DNA of 40,800 nt from Candidatus Woesearchaeota archaeon (GCA_964482665.1 CAYZYW010000004.1:1-40800); one strand, 5' to 3'. Counted from the first letter of the stretch, positions 19,454 through 28,792 are shown. Notes: a model not told the origin generated them from the letters alone. Made by a program: numbers and translations.

Positions 19454-19952
19454 AAATATTTTAAAATTTTCTGGGTTGCGAAAAAATAAAAAAGGGCAAG
19501 AAGAAATGGTTGGATTTGGTTTAATAATTATTATTGTAGCTGTTATTCTTTTGGTTTTATTAAGTCTTTCAATGAGCGGTCGGGATAAAGAGATTATTAA
19601 TAGCTATGAAATTTCGAGTTTTTTGACATCGATGTCATGGTATACAACAGAATGTAAAACTCACTTAGAATTACAGCCTGTTTCTAAATTAATTTCAGAT
19701 TGTTATCAAAATAAAATGTGTCTCGACGAGAAATCTGCTTGCGACATTTTAAATTCAACTATTAAAAATATTTTAGATGCAAGTTGGTCAGCTGGTGAAA
19801 ATTTTGCTGTCAAGGGTTATAGATTAAGAATGTCTTCTGGCGACGAAGAATCTTTTTTAATATTCGAAGAAGGTAATGTTACATCGTCGATTAAAACTGG
19901 ATATATTCCAGCCACAAATAATATTGATATTCATTTTAGCGTTTATTATTAA
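19446..19952 (+). CDS. Pilin-like protein (class III signal peptide)
   Basis: KKG/QEEMVGFGLIIIIV from ATG 19446. Confidence 0.78.
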   Translation: MNKNILKFSGLRKNKKGQEEMVGFGLIIIIVAVILLVLLSLSMSGRDKEIINSYEISSFLTSMSWYTTECKTHLELQPVSKLISDCYQNKMCLDEKSACDILNSTIKNILDASWSAGENFAVKGYRLRMSSGDEESFLIFEEGNVTSSIKTGYIPATNNIDIHFSVYY

Positions 19953-20308
19953 ATTTTTATATTTATAATCATTGTATCAACAATAATTTCTGGTCTATGT
20001 CTTATTCTATTTTTTGTTTTCTCCTCGACAAATTCAATAAAACCAAATCTTTCTAAAAGTTTAAGGTCATCATTTACGGATTTAAAACCTCGACCTAGAA
20101 TTTTCGCTAATTCATAAATTGATTTTGGTTTTTGATTTTTTATCGTATGTATAATTCTTGCTTTCTCGTTGCTGAGAAGTTGTCTTAAAGAAAGAAGTCC
20201 ATCGAAATTATAATCTTTTTTTTTCGGAGGTGATTTTTTAAATAATGAAAAAGCTCCTTTGGATTCTATTATCGTTATCTCTCGTGTTTTTATTATCTTT
20301 TTTGCCAT
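19949..20308 (-). CDS. Winged-HTH transcriptional regulator
   Basis: LLSNEKARII...PKSIYELAKILGRGFKSVNDDLKLLERFGFI wHTH pattern. Confidence 0.85.
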   Translation of the reverse strand: MAKKIIKTREITIIESKGAFSLFKKSPPKKKDYNFDGLLSLRQLLSNEKARIIHTIKNQKPKSIYELAKILGRGFKSVNDDLKLLERFGFIEFVEEKTKNRIRHRPEIIVDTMIINIKI

Positions 20309-20322
20309 ATCTGGTATTTTTG

Positions 20323-20360
20323 AATAGATATATGTGAAGCATGTTTTTCATATATCTATT
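20323..20360. promoter_or_regulatory. 38-bp palindrome upstream of the wHTH gene (candidate operator)
   Basis: AATAGATATATG-N14-CATATATCTATT with perfect 12-bp arms and a quasi-palindromic spacer. Confidence 0.55.
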
Positions 20361-20702
20361 TATCCTCTATATATATTATATATAAATACCCTATATTAAT
20401 AAATGTTTGGTTGTATTGTTTTGGTAGCATTGTGTTGTTTTCTTGGTGACACCACAACCTTTATAAAAAAACCACCAAAATCTCTTGTTTTATAGGTAAA
20501 ACACCTCAAGCAAAAGAGTAAGCCTTTTAAAGAAAATTCTATTTTGTAATATAATCAAAATGTTCTATAGGGATTTACAACAAAAGAGGAAACAGAATGG
20601 TTCATACTCATCTAATAAATTGGTTTACCCTATAATTGATTTATTGGGAGAAGTTGCCTTAGGTAACATATTTAATATAGTTGAAAGGAGGTTTAAAAAT
20701 AA

Positions 20703-23081
20703 ATGAGATTTAATTTTAAAAAAATCTCAGCAATCGTAACTAGTGCGTTAATGACTGTTTCAGGTATTGGATTCGCAGCTGCTGCAAATTACCCTGCGCC
20801 ATTCGTGGCAAACGGTGCTGCAAATGTTGCCGTTGTTTATGGAGCTAGCGCTGCACAAACAGATTTTGCTCAAGCGGGAAGCATTCAAACTAACTTAGAT
20901 ACTGGTGTTACTGTTACAAGTGGATCAACTGTTATCGATGGTGATTCATGGTCAGTACAAACAACTTCAGATAATTTAGAATTAGGTGAAAGTATATATG
21001 ATGTAGAAAAATACATTGATGAATCTAACTTAGCCCTTCTAACAGATGGGATATTGTCAAACGAAAAAGGAGATGCAAAATATGAGCAATTCTTTTACTT
21101 TGATGATGCATCTTCTTCAAGTGTTGTATACACTGAAGATGATGATAGTAATCTTGGATTATTTTTCAAAATAAGTGATGGCGCAGTAATTGCTAGATAT
21201 GTTATGGATTTTACAACAAATCTTAAGTCCGATATCGAACCTGATACTGAATTATCAGATATAGAAGATAAAGACATTACCTTTTTAGGTAAAACATATA
21301 CAATTACTACTGCAAATAACGGTACAAGTGGTGTAGAGCTTACTTTGATGAGTGGTGCTGAAAAGGCAATTGCTAAAAATGACGAAACTATTAATGTTGG
21401 AGGCAAAGACGTTAGCGTTCTTGTTTCTTCTACAACAGAAGCTCAATTTACTGTAGATGGAGTTACCCTTGATAAAATGAATAAGGGGGAGACAGTTAAA
21501 CTTGCAGACGGTACACATCTTGGTGTTTCGGATATTACATATCAGAATTTCGCCGGAGGTTTAATGCAAGCTACTTTCCATTTAGGTGCTGATAAAATTG
21601 AAATGAACACTGGGTCCACACTGACTGTTAATGGTGAAACTATAGGTGAAGCTGCTGTTACAATAACATCAACTGAAGCTGGATCAGATATTTCTATTTC
21701 AGAAATATCTATTAACATGACTGCTGAAGACGACCTATATGTTCCTGTAAATGGAAAACTTAGTGAAGCTGCTAATCTTGATGAGCCAGAAGTATTGGTT
21801 AGTCAAAATTGGGATATTGTATTCAATGGACTAGCTGAATTTGATTCAGAAGAAATTAGTTTATTACCTTCTAACTCTGACAAACAATACACATTAAACT
21901 TTAATAATTTTAATGGTGATGCTGTTGAGTTGCCTGTGGTTTATGCTACAGCAACTGGACTTAAGGGTGGAGAGTATGATACAGCCGATAAGGATTTATT
22001 AGTTCTTAACGCAAGTGGTACAATTACCGACGAAGATTACTTTGTATTAAATACTGCTAATCCTGCAATATATTCAGATGATGCAAGAAGTTTTGTAGTT
22101 AGATATAGAGGTGCAGATAAGGTTACAGACACTGATCCAAAAGTGACATTTGATATCGCTGGAGTTGAACAAAGTAGAGAAGTATCATTAACTAGTACTG
22201 GAACTTTTGACTTAAAGTTAGGAGGAAGTACATTTAGTTTTGCTAACGCTTCATCTGGAGCAAGCAACAACTTTGATATTACTTTGACAACTGCTCAACT
22301 TGGTTATTCTTCTGTTGCAAATAATGCTGGTTGGTTACAAATGAGAACACAAAATAATGCTCTTATTACTGTAAACAACACAAATGCGTCTCTTGCAACT
22401 TCTAGTTGGATAGTTAAAGTTGACCTTGATGATCAAGATAAGGATGGAGATGATATAAGTTTATCAACTGCTCAGAATGTATTTTCAGTGACACTTTCAA
22501 ATGCTACAAGCACTCTTGAAGTTTCAACTGGATCTGTTACAAGTTCTGGAACGTTCTATACAAATCCAGATAATGATGATGAAACTTTAACAACTACGCT
22601 TTATGGCGCAGATGTATCTGTTTTAGATACTTCAACTGCTCCTGCTAAGATAACAGCTACAATACCGGAATCTATAGTGAATCCAATGGTATATATTACT
22701 TCATCAGAAGCTACTTCAAGTGATGCTTCATCTATGGGTGCGTTACTAGTTCTAGATTCAGACGTTGCTTCAGTTAGTGATAAAAACTTAATTGTTGTTG
22801 GTGGAAGTTGTATAAATACAGCTGCTACTGCTCTATTGGGTGGTGCTTATTGTGGAGATGCGTTTACAGCGGAAACAGGTATTGGTGCAAACCAGTATAT
22901 AATTAAAAGTTATGCTACTTCCGAACTTACAAGTGAACTTGCCCTTTTAGTGGCAGGTTATGAAGCTGCTGAAACTGCTATGGCGACAAGTTACTTGACT
23001 ACGCAAGACGTAGACACAAGCAAGTCGTGGAAAGGAACTAGTGCTGAGACCGCAAGTCAAATTGTTGAGGAAACTGCTTAG
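20703..23081 (+). CDS. S-layer protein
   Basis: Signal peptide, YPAPFV...AVVYG N-motif, C-terminal NLIVVGGSCIN...LLVAG motif of Methanococcus-type S-layers; acidic, T/S/D-rich; strong SD GAAAGGAGG. Confidence 0.88.
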   Translation: MRFNFKKISAIVTSALMTVSGIGFAAAANYPAPFVANGAANVAVVYGASAAQTDFAQAGSIQTNLDTGVTVTSGSTVIDGDSWSVQTTSDNLELGESIYDVEKYIDESNLALLTDGILSNEKGDAKYEQFFYFDDASSSSVVYTEDDDSNLGLFFKISDGAVIARYVMDFTTNLKSDIEPDTELSDIEDKDITFLGKTYTITTANNGTSGVELTLMSGAEKAIAKNDETINVGGKDVSVLVSSTTEAQFTVDGVTLDKMNKGETVKLADGTHLGVSDITYQNFAGGLMQATFHLGADKIEMNTGSTLTVNGETIGEAAVTITSTEAGSDISISEISINMTAEDDLYVPVNGKLSEAANLDEPEVLVSQNWDIVFNGLAEFDSEEISLLPSNSDKQYTLNFNNFNGDAVELPVVYATATGLKGGEYDTADKDLLVLNASGTITDEDYFVLNTANPAIYSDDARSFVVRYRGADKVTDTDPKVTFDIAGVEQSREVSLTSTGTFDLKLGGSTFSFANASSGASNNFDITLTTAQLGYSSVANNAGWLQMRTQNNALITVNNTNASLATSSWIVKVDLDDQDKDGDDISLSTAQNVFSVTLSNATSTLEVSTGSVTSSGTFYTNPDNDDETLTTTLYGADVSVLDTSTAPAKITATIPESIVNPMVYITSSEATSSDASSMGALLVLDSDVASVSDKNLIVVGGSCINTAATALLGGAYCGDAFTAETGIGANQYIIKSYATSELTSELALLVAGYEAAETAMATSYLTTQDVDTSKSWKGTSAETASQIVEETA

Positions 23082-23119
23082 TTTTTCAATTTATTTTTTT
23101 TTATTTTTTTTTATTTTTA
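23082..23119 (+). terminator. T-rich archaeal-type terminator
   Basis: Several oligo-T runs directly after the S-layer stop. Confidence 0.55.
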
Positions 23120-23175
23120 CCTTATTGCGAGAGCTTTCGGGAAAACTTTTTATACTTAGATGAATATTTTTATGT

Positions 23176-23796
23176 ATGAGAAAGCTCAAATCAAAAGCAG
23201 ACGAGGCTAAGAAGAGAAAGAGAAACCAGATTGTAGTGGGGGTTTTATTGATTTTCGTTATGCTTTTCAGTACGCTAGGTTTTGCGTTTAATGGGGGTGG
23301 AAACGATGAAGAAGGACAAGAAAATGCAAATTATAATGGTTTTGAATTTATTGCGCAAAACGGTTACTGGTTTTTAGAATTGGGAAACTATGTTTTTGTT
23401 TTTTCTAATTCTCCTGAGAAAGAAATTGATTTGGAGGTAGAAGGTGAAATAAAATTATTAAATAATTATTTAGGTAGGCCACTTTACATATACTCTGAAA
23501 ACGAAATTTCGAGCTATGAAATTTATAGAAATATGTTTTCAGAAACAAATCAAGTTATTCAACGTGTTCAAAATGCTTGCTTAAATCGTTCGGATTTTAA
23601 TTTGAGTTTATGTAGTGATGATTTTCCAATTAAAACATGTGAAGATAATTTCATATGGATCAAGGAGAGTGAAGAAAATATAATAACACAAGTAGAAAAT
23701 TGTGTTATTATCGAAGGTGAAATTGAGAAACTTCCACAAATCACAGATGAATTTTTATTTAGAACTATTGGGATTAAGAAACCCCTGGTTTCTTAA
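23176..23796 (+). CDS. Membrane-anchored hypothetical protein
   Basis: Basic N-terminus, TM, YNGFEF motif; probable paralog of 24060-24860. Confidence 0.7.
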   Translation: MRKLKSKADEAKKRKRNQIVVGVLLIFVMLFSTLGFAFNGGGNDEEGQENANYNGFEFIAQNGYWFLELGNYVFVFSNSPEKEIDLEVEGEIKLLNNYLGRPLYIYSENEISSYEIYRNMFSETNQVIQRVQNACLNRSDFNLSLCSDDFPIKTCEDNFIWIKESEENIITQVENCVIIEGEIEKLPQITDEFLFRTIGIKKPLVS

Positions 23797-23985
23797 TAAC
23801 CTAAAGGTCACAAGCAACTTCCTCACGTTCCGGCTGGGCAGTATCTTTCTTGCACTTTGGGATGCCACATTGGCCCGTCTAGCGGTCCTTTTGCGTGTGC
23901 TGAATAAGTTAGGGTTAATTGGTGACAGGTAAGAAATGCTTAATGAAAGGGAAGAAATTATTTTGTGGGGTGGTTAGATTTTTGA
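23773..23985. repeat. Dispersed structured repeat element, copy 1
   Basis: Starts with hairpin ATTAAGAAACC-cct-GGTTTCTTAAT; 102-nt GC-rich core 23815-23916 nearly identical to 37928-38028. Confidence 0.9.
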
Positions 23986-24059
23986 AGATGTGGGGGTGCG
24001 ATTAAAGAAAGGTAAATCAACACAATTAAACTTATAAACTTAAATTAATATTAGGTATA

Positions 24060-24860
24060 ATGGTTAAAGAAGAAATAGATTCAAAAAAGAAAGGTAATAT
24101 AGAAAATAAAAAAGATAATTATGGCTCTAGATTAAAAAAAGATATTAAAAATAAATCTTTAAAAATAAAAAAGAAAGTTTGCGAAATTTTTAAAATCAAA
24201 AAGAAAGGTAAAGAAAAAACAATTGAAATGTGTGGAATGCAAGAAGAGCAAAAAGTTACAAAAGGGCAAATTGAACATCATAATAAATTATTAAGAAATA
24301 TTTTGATATTTGTCGGATTAATCTTAGTTGTTTTTTTAATTAGTTATTTTGCATTACAATCGATTAGGCAAACGAATTATAATGGAATTGTTGAATTTGA
24401 AACTCAAAGTTATTGTGCAACAAAACCATGCTTGATTGTTTATCAAACTTCATTACCTGTTATAATGAATGAAAAACCTGCTGATTATAATTTCTATTTT
24501 AGAACGCATCCTTTTGAACTAGAAAGAATTGATTTCGATGGGGACTTGAATATTTTACCTAATATGGTTTTAGAATATCCTGATAATGCATTTTCATGTG
24601 AAGGTTATGGTAATATTGCTATTGCGAATCTTATGAACTTGTATAAAGTTTTAGGAACAACTGTTATTCAAGATAGAAATGCAAGCTGTGATTCAGAAGG
24701 AAGATACATGTATGTTGAACTTAAAGAAGGTGATAAAACTCGAATAGAAAAAGTTGGTCCATCATGTTACGATATTTACATAAAAGATTGTGAAATTCTT
24801 GAAGCAACTGAAAAATTCATGGCTGAAACTTTTGTATATGCTCATGAAAAATTTTTATAA
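24060..24860 (+). CDS. Membrane-anchored hypothetical protein
   Basis: Lys-rich N-terminus, TM, YNGIVEF motif, C-terminal Cys pattern like 23176-23796. Confidence 0.7.
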   Translation: MVKEEIDSKKKGNIENKKDNYGSRLKKDIKNKSLKIKKKVCEIFKIKKKGKEKTIEMCGMQEEQKVTKGQIEHHNKLLRNILIFVGLILVVFLISYFALQSIRQTNYNGIVEFETQSYCATKPCLIVYQTSLPVIMNEKPADYNFYFRTHPFELERIDFDGDLNILPNMVLEYPDNAFSCEGYGNIAIANLMNLYKVLGTTVIQDRNASCDSEGRYMYVELKEGDKTRIEKVGPSCYDIYIKDCEILEATEKFMAETFVYAHEKFL

Positions 24861-25372
24861 ATATTTTTTAAATCTGAATAAACGGGTATTTGTTTTAATT
24901 TGAAAATTTTAACTTCAGAAAACCATATTAAAACTACAAATATTGTACTAAGGAAATACCAAAATATTTTATGAGAAAAATCAAAAAATGTTAAATCATT
25001 TATGAATAGAATTGTTAAAAAAATTATACGAAAGATATTGACAGCTAAAAGGGTTGAAAAAGCGAATAGAATCATTCTCAAACGTTTTTTAAATTTTACC
25101 GAAGGTATTGAGAGATTTAGAATAAAAAGCAAATAATAGGCTGATCCTGCAATGCACGCACTTATAAGTTCTACAATATGTCCCTTAATTAAAATTGATG
25201 GATAAATTAATTCTACTTGTGTAAATAAATTTAAAACAAAATAAATTGGGTAAATTGTTAAAGGCGTTAAAATAAAATAAAATAAATAAAGATTTGGAAT
25301 AGCAATTAAGATAATAATTAAATATCTTAAAATTAAAGATTTGATTTGATTATTATCTGCTTTTTTTAACAT
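24842..25372 (-). CDS. Exosortase/archaeosortase family protein (pacearchaeosortase-like)
   Basis: Polytopic membrane protein with ELISACIAG (Cys), VNIFRI (Arg) and FSHK (His). Confidence 0.8.
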   Translation of the reverse strand: MLKKADNNQIKSLILRYLIIILIAIPNLYLFYFILTPLTIYPIYFVLNLFTQVELIYPSILIKGHIVELISACIAGSAYYLLFILNLSIPSVKFKKRLRMILFAFSTLLAVNIFRIIFLTILFINDLTFFDFSHKIFWYFLSTIFVVLIWFSEVKIFKLKQIPVYSDLKNIYKNFS

Positions 25373-26003
25373 TTACTTTTTTACATAATTTATTTACTGG
25401 ACATTCTGAACATTTTGGTGAGATTGGTGTACATACTTGCTTTCCAAATAAAACAAATAATGCGTTAAATTCTTTCCAGTATTTTTTTGGAAGAATTTTT
25501 TCTAATTCAGCTTCTGTTTTTTCAGGGGTTTTTGTTTTTATCCATCCTAATCTGTTTGGAATCCTATGGCAATGTGTATCAATAGGTAAAACAAGTTTAT
25601 TGTATGCAAAATTTAAAACTATGTTTGCGGTTTTTGGACCTATTCCTTTTATTGATAAAAGTTCATCTCTAATTTTTGGAACACGAGAGTTGAATCTTTT
25701 GATTAAATCATCTGAAACACTTTTAAGAATTTGGGATTTCTTTTTGTAATGGCCTGTTGAAAAAATTAATTTTTCTAATTTTTTAATAGGAATTTTTAAA
25801 ATCTTTTTAGGTGTGTCTGCCACTTTAAAAAGTTCTTTCGAAACTTTCTCGGTTGTTTCATCTCTTGATCTTAGGGAAAGTAAACATGAAATAAGAATTT
25901 TAAATGCATTGGGATTTTTTCGCATTCGATTTAAAGTTGTCCTCTCGTTATAATCAAAATGTTTTGCTAATTTATTCATAACTTTTGGAATCGTATTAAT
26001 CAT
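25353..26003 (-). CDS. nth: Endonuclease III
   Basis: HhH LLSIKGIGPKTAN, IDTH, Fe-S motif CTPISPKCSECPVNKLC. Confidence 0.95.
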   Translation of the reverse strand: MINTIPKVMNKLAKHFDYNERTTLNRMRKNPNAFKILISCLLSLRSRDETTEKVSKELFKVADTPKKILKIPIKKLEKLIFSTGHYKKKSQILKSVSDDLIKRFNSRVPKIRDELLSIKGIGPKTANIVLNFAYNKLVLPIDTHCHRIPNRLGWIKTKTPEKTEAELEKILPKKYWKEFNALFVLFGKQVCTPISPKCSECPVNKLCKKVNVKKSR

Positions 26004-26040
26004 AAATTAAATAAGAAAATTAAGAATTTAAATGTTAGTT

Positions 26041-27699
26041 TTATTTCTTAGAAACTTTTACAGCTACAATTATAATTATTAAGATAAGAACGATGTTCAA
26101 TGCTCCAATTAACCATAAGTGCCAGTTTTCTCCAAATGAATCTAATGAGAATCCGAATATTGATTCTTCAATTGTTACTGTTAAAGCTTGGCTCATTACA
26201 AGTTCTCCGTCTGATGAAACTTCGAAATTTAAAGATTGAGCTCCCTCCGCTGTTCTACTTGTGTCTAATGATAATAAAACTTCTTGTGAAGTACCTGCAC
26301 TTAGGACAATTGTGTTTTGATCTAATGAAACACTTGATGCCCAGTCCTCGTAACCTGTAGCAGCTAAATCAAAAGTTAATGTTTGACTAGTGGGATTTGT
26401 AATTGTTAATTTTAATATTAATTCTTTTCCGGCTACAGCCTCTGAATCTAATAACGCTGAAACACTTGCTTCTGCATCTACTTTACATGCACCTTCTATT
26501 TTAAATAAAACATTGAAAACAGATTCATCATCGTCAAAATCATTTTCATATATATCATTGTCTTCATCATAAACTTTGAATTCTAATGCGTACCATTTTT
26601 CTTCAGCGTCTGAAGGAAGTTCTATTGAAATTTCAAGTTTTTCATTTTCTAAAGCGTCAACATCTCCAATTGTAATTGTTTCAAAAATATCTAAATCCTT
26701 ATTATAAACTACGACATAAACATCTTCTTGATCATCGTCTCCAATGTTCCACGCCTCAGCTTTTAATGTTAAAGTTGATCCACATAAAACTGAATCATCT
26801 AATGTTAAATCATTTAATTTTTTTCCATTAATTTCAAATTCTCCTAGGATTACAAAATCGCTTTCTATTACAATTTCAATTGATTCTGATTCACTTACAC
26901 ATGTCTTATTTCCGTCCAATTCTTCATCTTCGCCTGTTACCCAAACATAAAACACATAATCATGATCTGCATCATAATCTTCTGGATCATCTAATGTGAA
27001 TTCAATTTCTAACGTTTCTTCATCTCCGTCTTTAAGGTCGAAATCATTTTCCTCATCATCAATTATAAATTTTTTATCTGTTAAATCATACAATCCCCAC
27101 TCAACAACAATATCTTTTATCTTTTCGTCTCCGTTATTCTCAACTTCAATTTCAACTTTTATCTTATCTAATGGGAACCATTCTTCATCATCTCCAAATC
27201 CTTCTTCAGTTGAAAAATCTAATGATAATGCTAAATTGCTATTAACACCTGAATATTCACAAAAGTTTTGAACTGGTGTTTCATTTACTGTGATTGCTAA
27301 AGGTAATGTATATGAAACGTCTGATGAATATGTTCCATTTAATATTAAAGATGAATCATATGTTCCCAAAGCTTGTCCTGATGGTACATTTACTGTTAAT
27401 GTCATTTCTACGCTTGTTGCTCCATTGCTTAATGAAGTAACTGCATTTGTAACAGTGCTTGCTGATGTGAAAGTATTTGATCCTGATGTGAAAGTTATTG
27501 GTGTGTTGAAAACCATGCTTGTTAAATCTGCGTATCCACTTTCTTTTAATTTGAAAGTTATTGCTACTGAATCTCCTTGACTAACTGTGCTAACATTATT
27601 TGTAACATCTGTGAAATCGACTATTGCAGTTGCAAAACTTAAAAGTAAAACTACCGAAAAAATCATTGCGCTCATTAGAGTTAATGTTTTTGTTTTCAT
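26041..27699 (-). CDS. Putative S-layer/surface protein with Ig-like (CARDB-like) domains and C-terminal TM
   Basis: Signal peptide, very acidic beta-rich repeats (VEVENNG, AWNIG, ITNP), C-terminal NWHLWLIGALNIVLILIIIIVAVKVSKK. Confidence 0.78.
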   Translation of the reverse strand: MKTKTLTLMSAMIFSVVLLLSFATAIVDFTDVTNNVSTVSQGDSVAITFKLKESGYADLTSMVFNTPITFTSGSNTFTSASTVTNAVTSLSNGATSVEMTLTVNVPSGQALGTYDSSLILNGTYSSDVSYTLPLAITVNETPVQNFCEYSGVNSNLALSLDFSTEEGFGDDEEWFPLDKIKVEIEVENNGDEKIKDIVVEWGLYDLTDKKFIIDDEENDFDLKDGDEETLEIEFTLDDPEDYDADHDYVFYVWVTGEDEELDGNKTCVSESESIEIVIESDFVILGEFEINGKKLNDLTLDDSVLCGSTLTLKAEAWNIGDDDQEDVYVVVYNKDLDIFETITIGDVDALENEKLEISIELPSDAEEKWYALEFKVYDEDNDIYENDFDDDESVFNVLFKIEGACKVDAEASVSALLDSEAVAGKELILKLTITNPTSQTLTFDLAATGYEDWASSVSLDQNTIVLSAGTSQEVLLSLDTSRTAEGAQSLNFEVSSDGELVMSQALTVTIEESIFGFSLDSFGENWHLWLIGALNIVLILIIIIVAVKVSKK

Positions 27700-27827
27700 C
27701 TGTAGTCATTTAAGGATTACTATGGTTTATAAAGATTTCGGTTCTGTAGAATATATGTCATTTTTTAGAAATATGTATATAATATAGGGGGCACAAAGTT
27801 TATATAATATTTTAACTAATAATTTTT

Positions 27828-28214
27828 ATGGTTTTAAAATCTCACGACAATAAAATTGGCGCATGGGCATTTTTAATTGGGGTTGTGTTAGCATTGATGA
27901 TTGGTTTATCTACGACACTGTTGTCGATTCCATCATTGAAAGAATATGGTGCTCAAATTTATGGTATTTTAGTTATACTTGGTATAATGGTTGGATTTTT
28001 GAATGTAGCAGGAAAAGACTCTCAGACCTTTTTGCTTACTGGGTTAGTTTTAGTTATTGTTAGTAAATTTGGAATGGAAAGTGTTACCGGCTCATTAATG
28101 GGTGTTGGAATTGGAGATACTGTTATTGCGATATTTTCTGCACTGTTAGTTTTGTTTGTTCCTGCAACAATTATTGTAGCATTAAAAACTGTTTTTAGTA
28201 TAGCGAAGATATAG
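27828..28214 (+). CDS. Small 4-TM membrane protein
   Basis: GAWAFLIG, VGFLNV, FVPATIIVALK; hydrophobic; TATA box ~28 nt upstream. Confidence 0.75.
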   Translation: MVLKSHDNKIGAWAFLIGVVLALMIGLSTTLLSIPSLKEYGAQIYGILVILGIMVGFLNVAGKDSQTFLLTGLVLVIVSKFGMESVTGSLMGVGIGDTVIAIFSALLVLFVPATIIVALKTVFSIAKI

Positions 28215-28273
28215 TATTGTTATTAGAAATGATAAATAGAATAATTTAAAAACTCTACAATTTATTTAATTTT

Positions 28274-28708
28274 ATACCTAACTTAAAAAGAAAAATTCAA
28301 AATAGACTAATAGGAGTATTGCTATTTAGGGGAATGGCTTTATCTGGGGGAGTAAGTATACTTTCGGGAGCTTATTTACACCACACTCAACCAAAAAAAC
28401 CACAAATATTCTCTGAATACGAAAATTTAAACCAAAAATATAATTATTTAAATTCAACTAAGCAGTTTAATTTAGAAAAAGCAGCAGATAAAATATATCT
28501 TCAAAAACAGGTCGATAAAGTAACTTCTCTTTCTGAAAAAATAAAACGCATTGAGCTATCTGATGATTATGTAAAAATAACTAAACATAAAGATAGAAAA
28601 AGCAAGCATAATAAATATTGGTCAATTCCAATTTTGTCTTTTGCGATTGGTGTATCTTCTATGCTATATGGAATGCGCTTGGACTCTAAAATCAATCCTC
28701 CCCTTTGA
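28274..28708 (+). CDS. Hypothetical membrane protein; possibly pseudogenised start (ATA at 28274, TTG at 28319)
   Basis: Frame open from 28274; TM-coil-TM layout; no ATG at the expected leaderless position. Confidence 0.45.
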   Translation: MPNLKRKIQNRLIGVLLFRGMALSGGVSILSGAYLHHTQPKKPQIFSEYENLNQKYNYLNSTKQFNLEKAADKIYLQKQVDKVTSLSEKIKRIELSDDYVKITKHKDRKSKHNKYWSIPILSFAIGVSSMLYGMRLDSKINPPL

Positions 28709-28792
28709 TTAATCCATAACATTAGTTTTTATTTCTTTGAACACCAAGAGATATAATCATAGTAATTATCGCAATAACTATAAATAAAACAA

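Noticed and set aside
23815-23916. HDV-like ribozyme resemblance (AAC-TTCCTCAC-GTT-CCGGCT-GGGCA...GCTGAA)
   Set aside because: No upstream P1 5' strand or proper P2 partner is present, and the putative P3 is broken in copy 2; not a canonical HDV fold.
23815-23916. RNase P or SRP RNA on the minus strand (AAAGTGCAAGAAA, GAGGAAG, CCAGCCGGAA)
   Set aside because: The motifs are in the wrong order, the element is too short, the GGAA loop is lost in copy 2, and two copies would be unexpected.
23702-23932. ORFs 23702-23932 and 37946-38152 with a shared peptide
   Set aside because: They are read-through of the DNA repeat with GTG/TTG starts at non-equivalent positions; likely non-coding.
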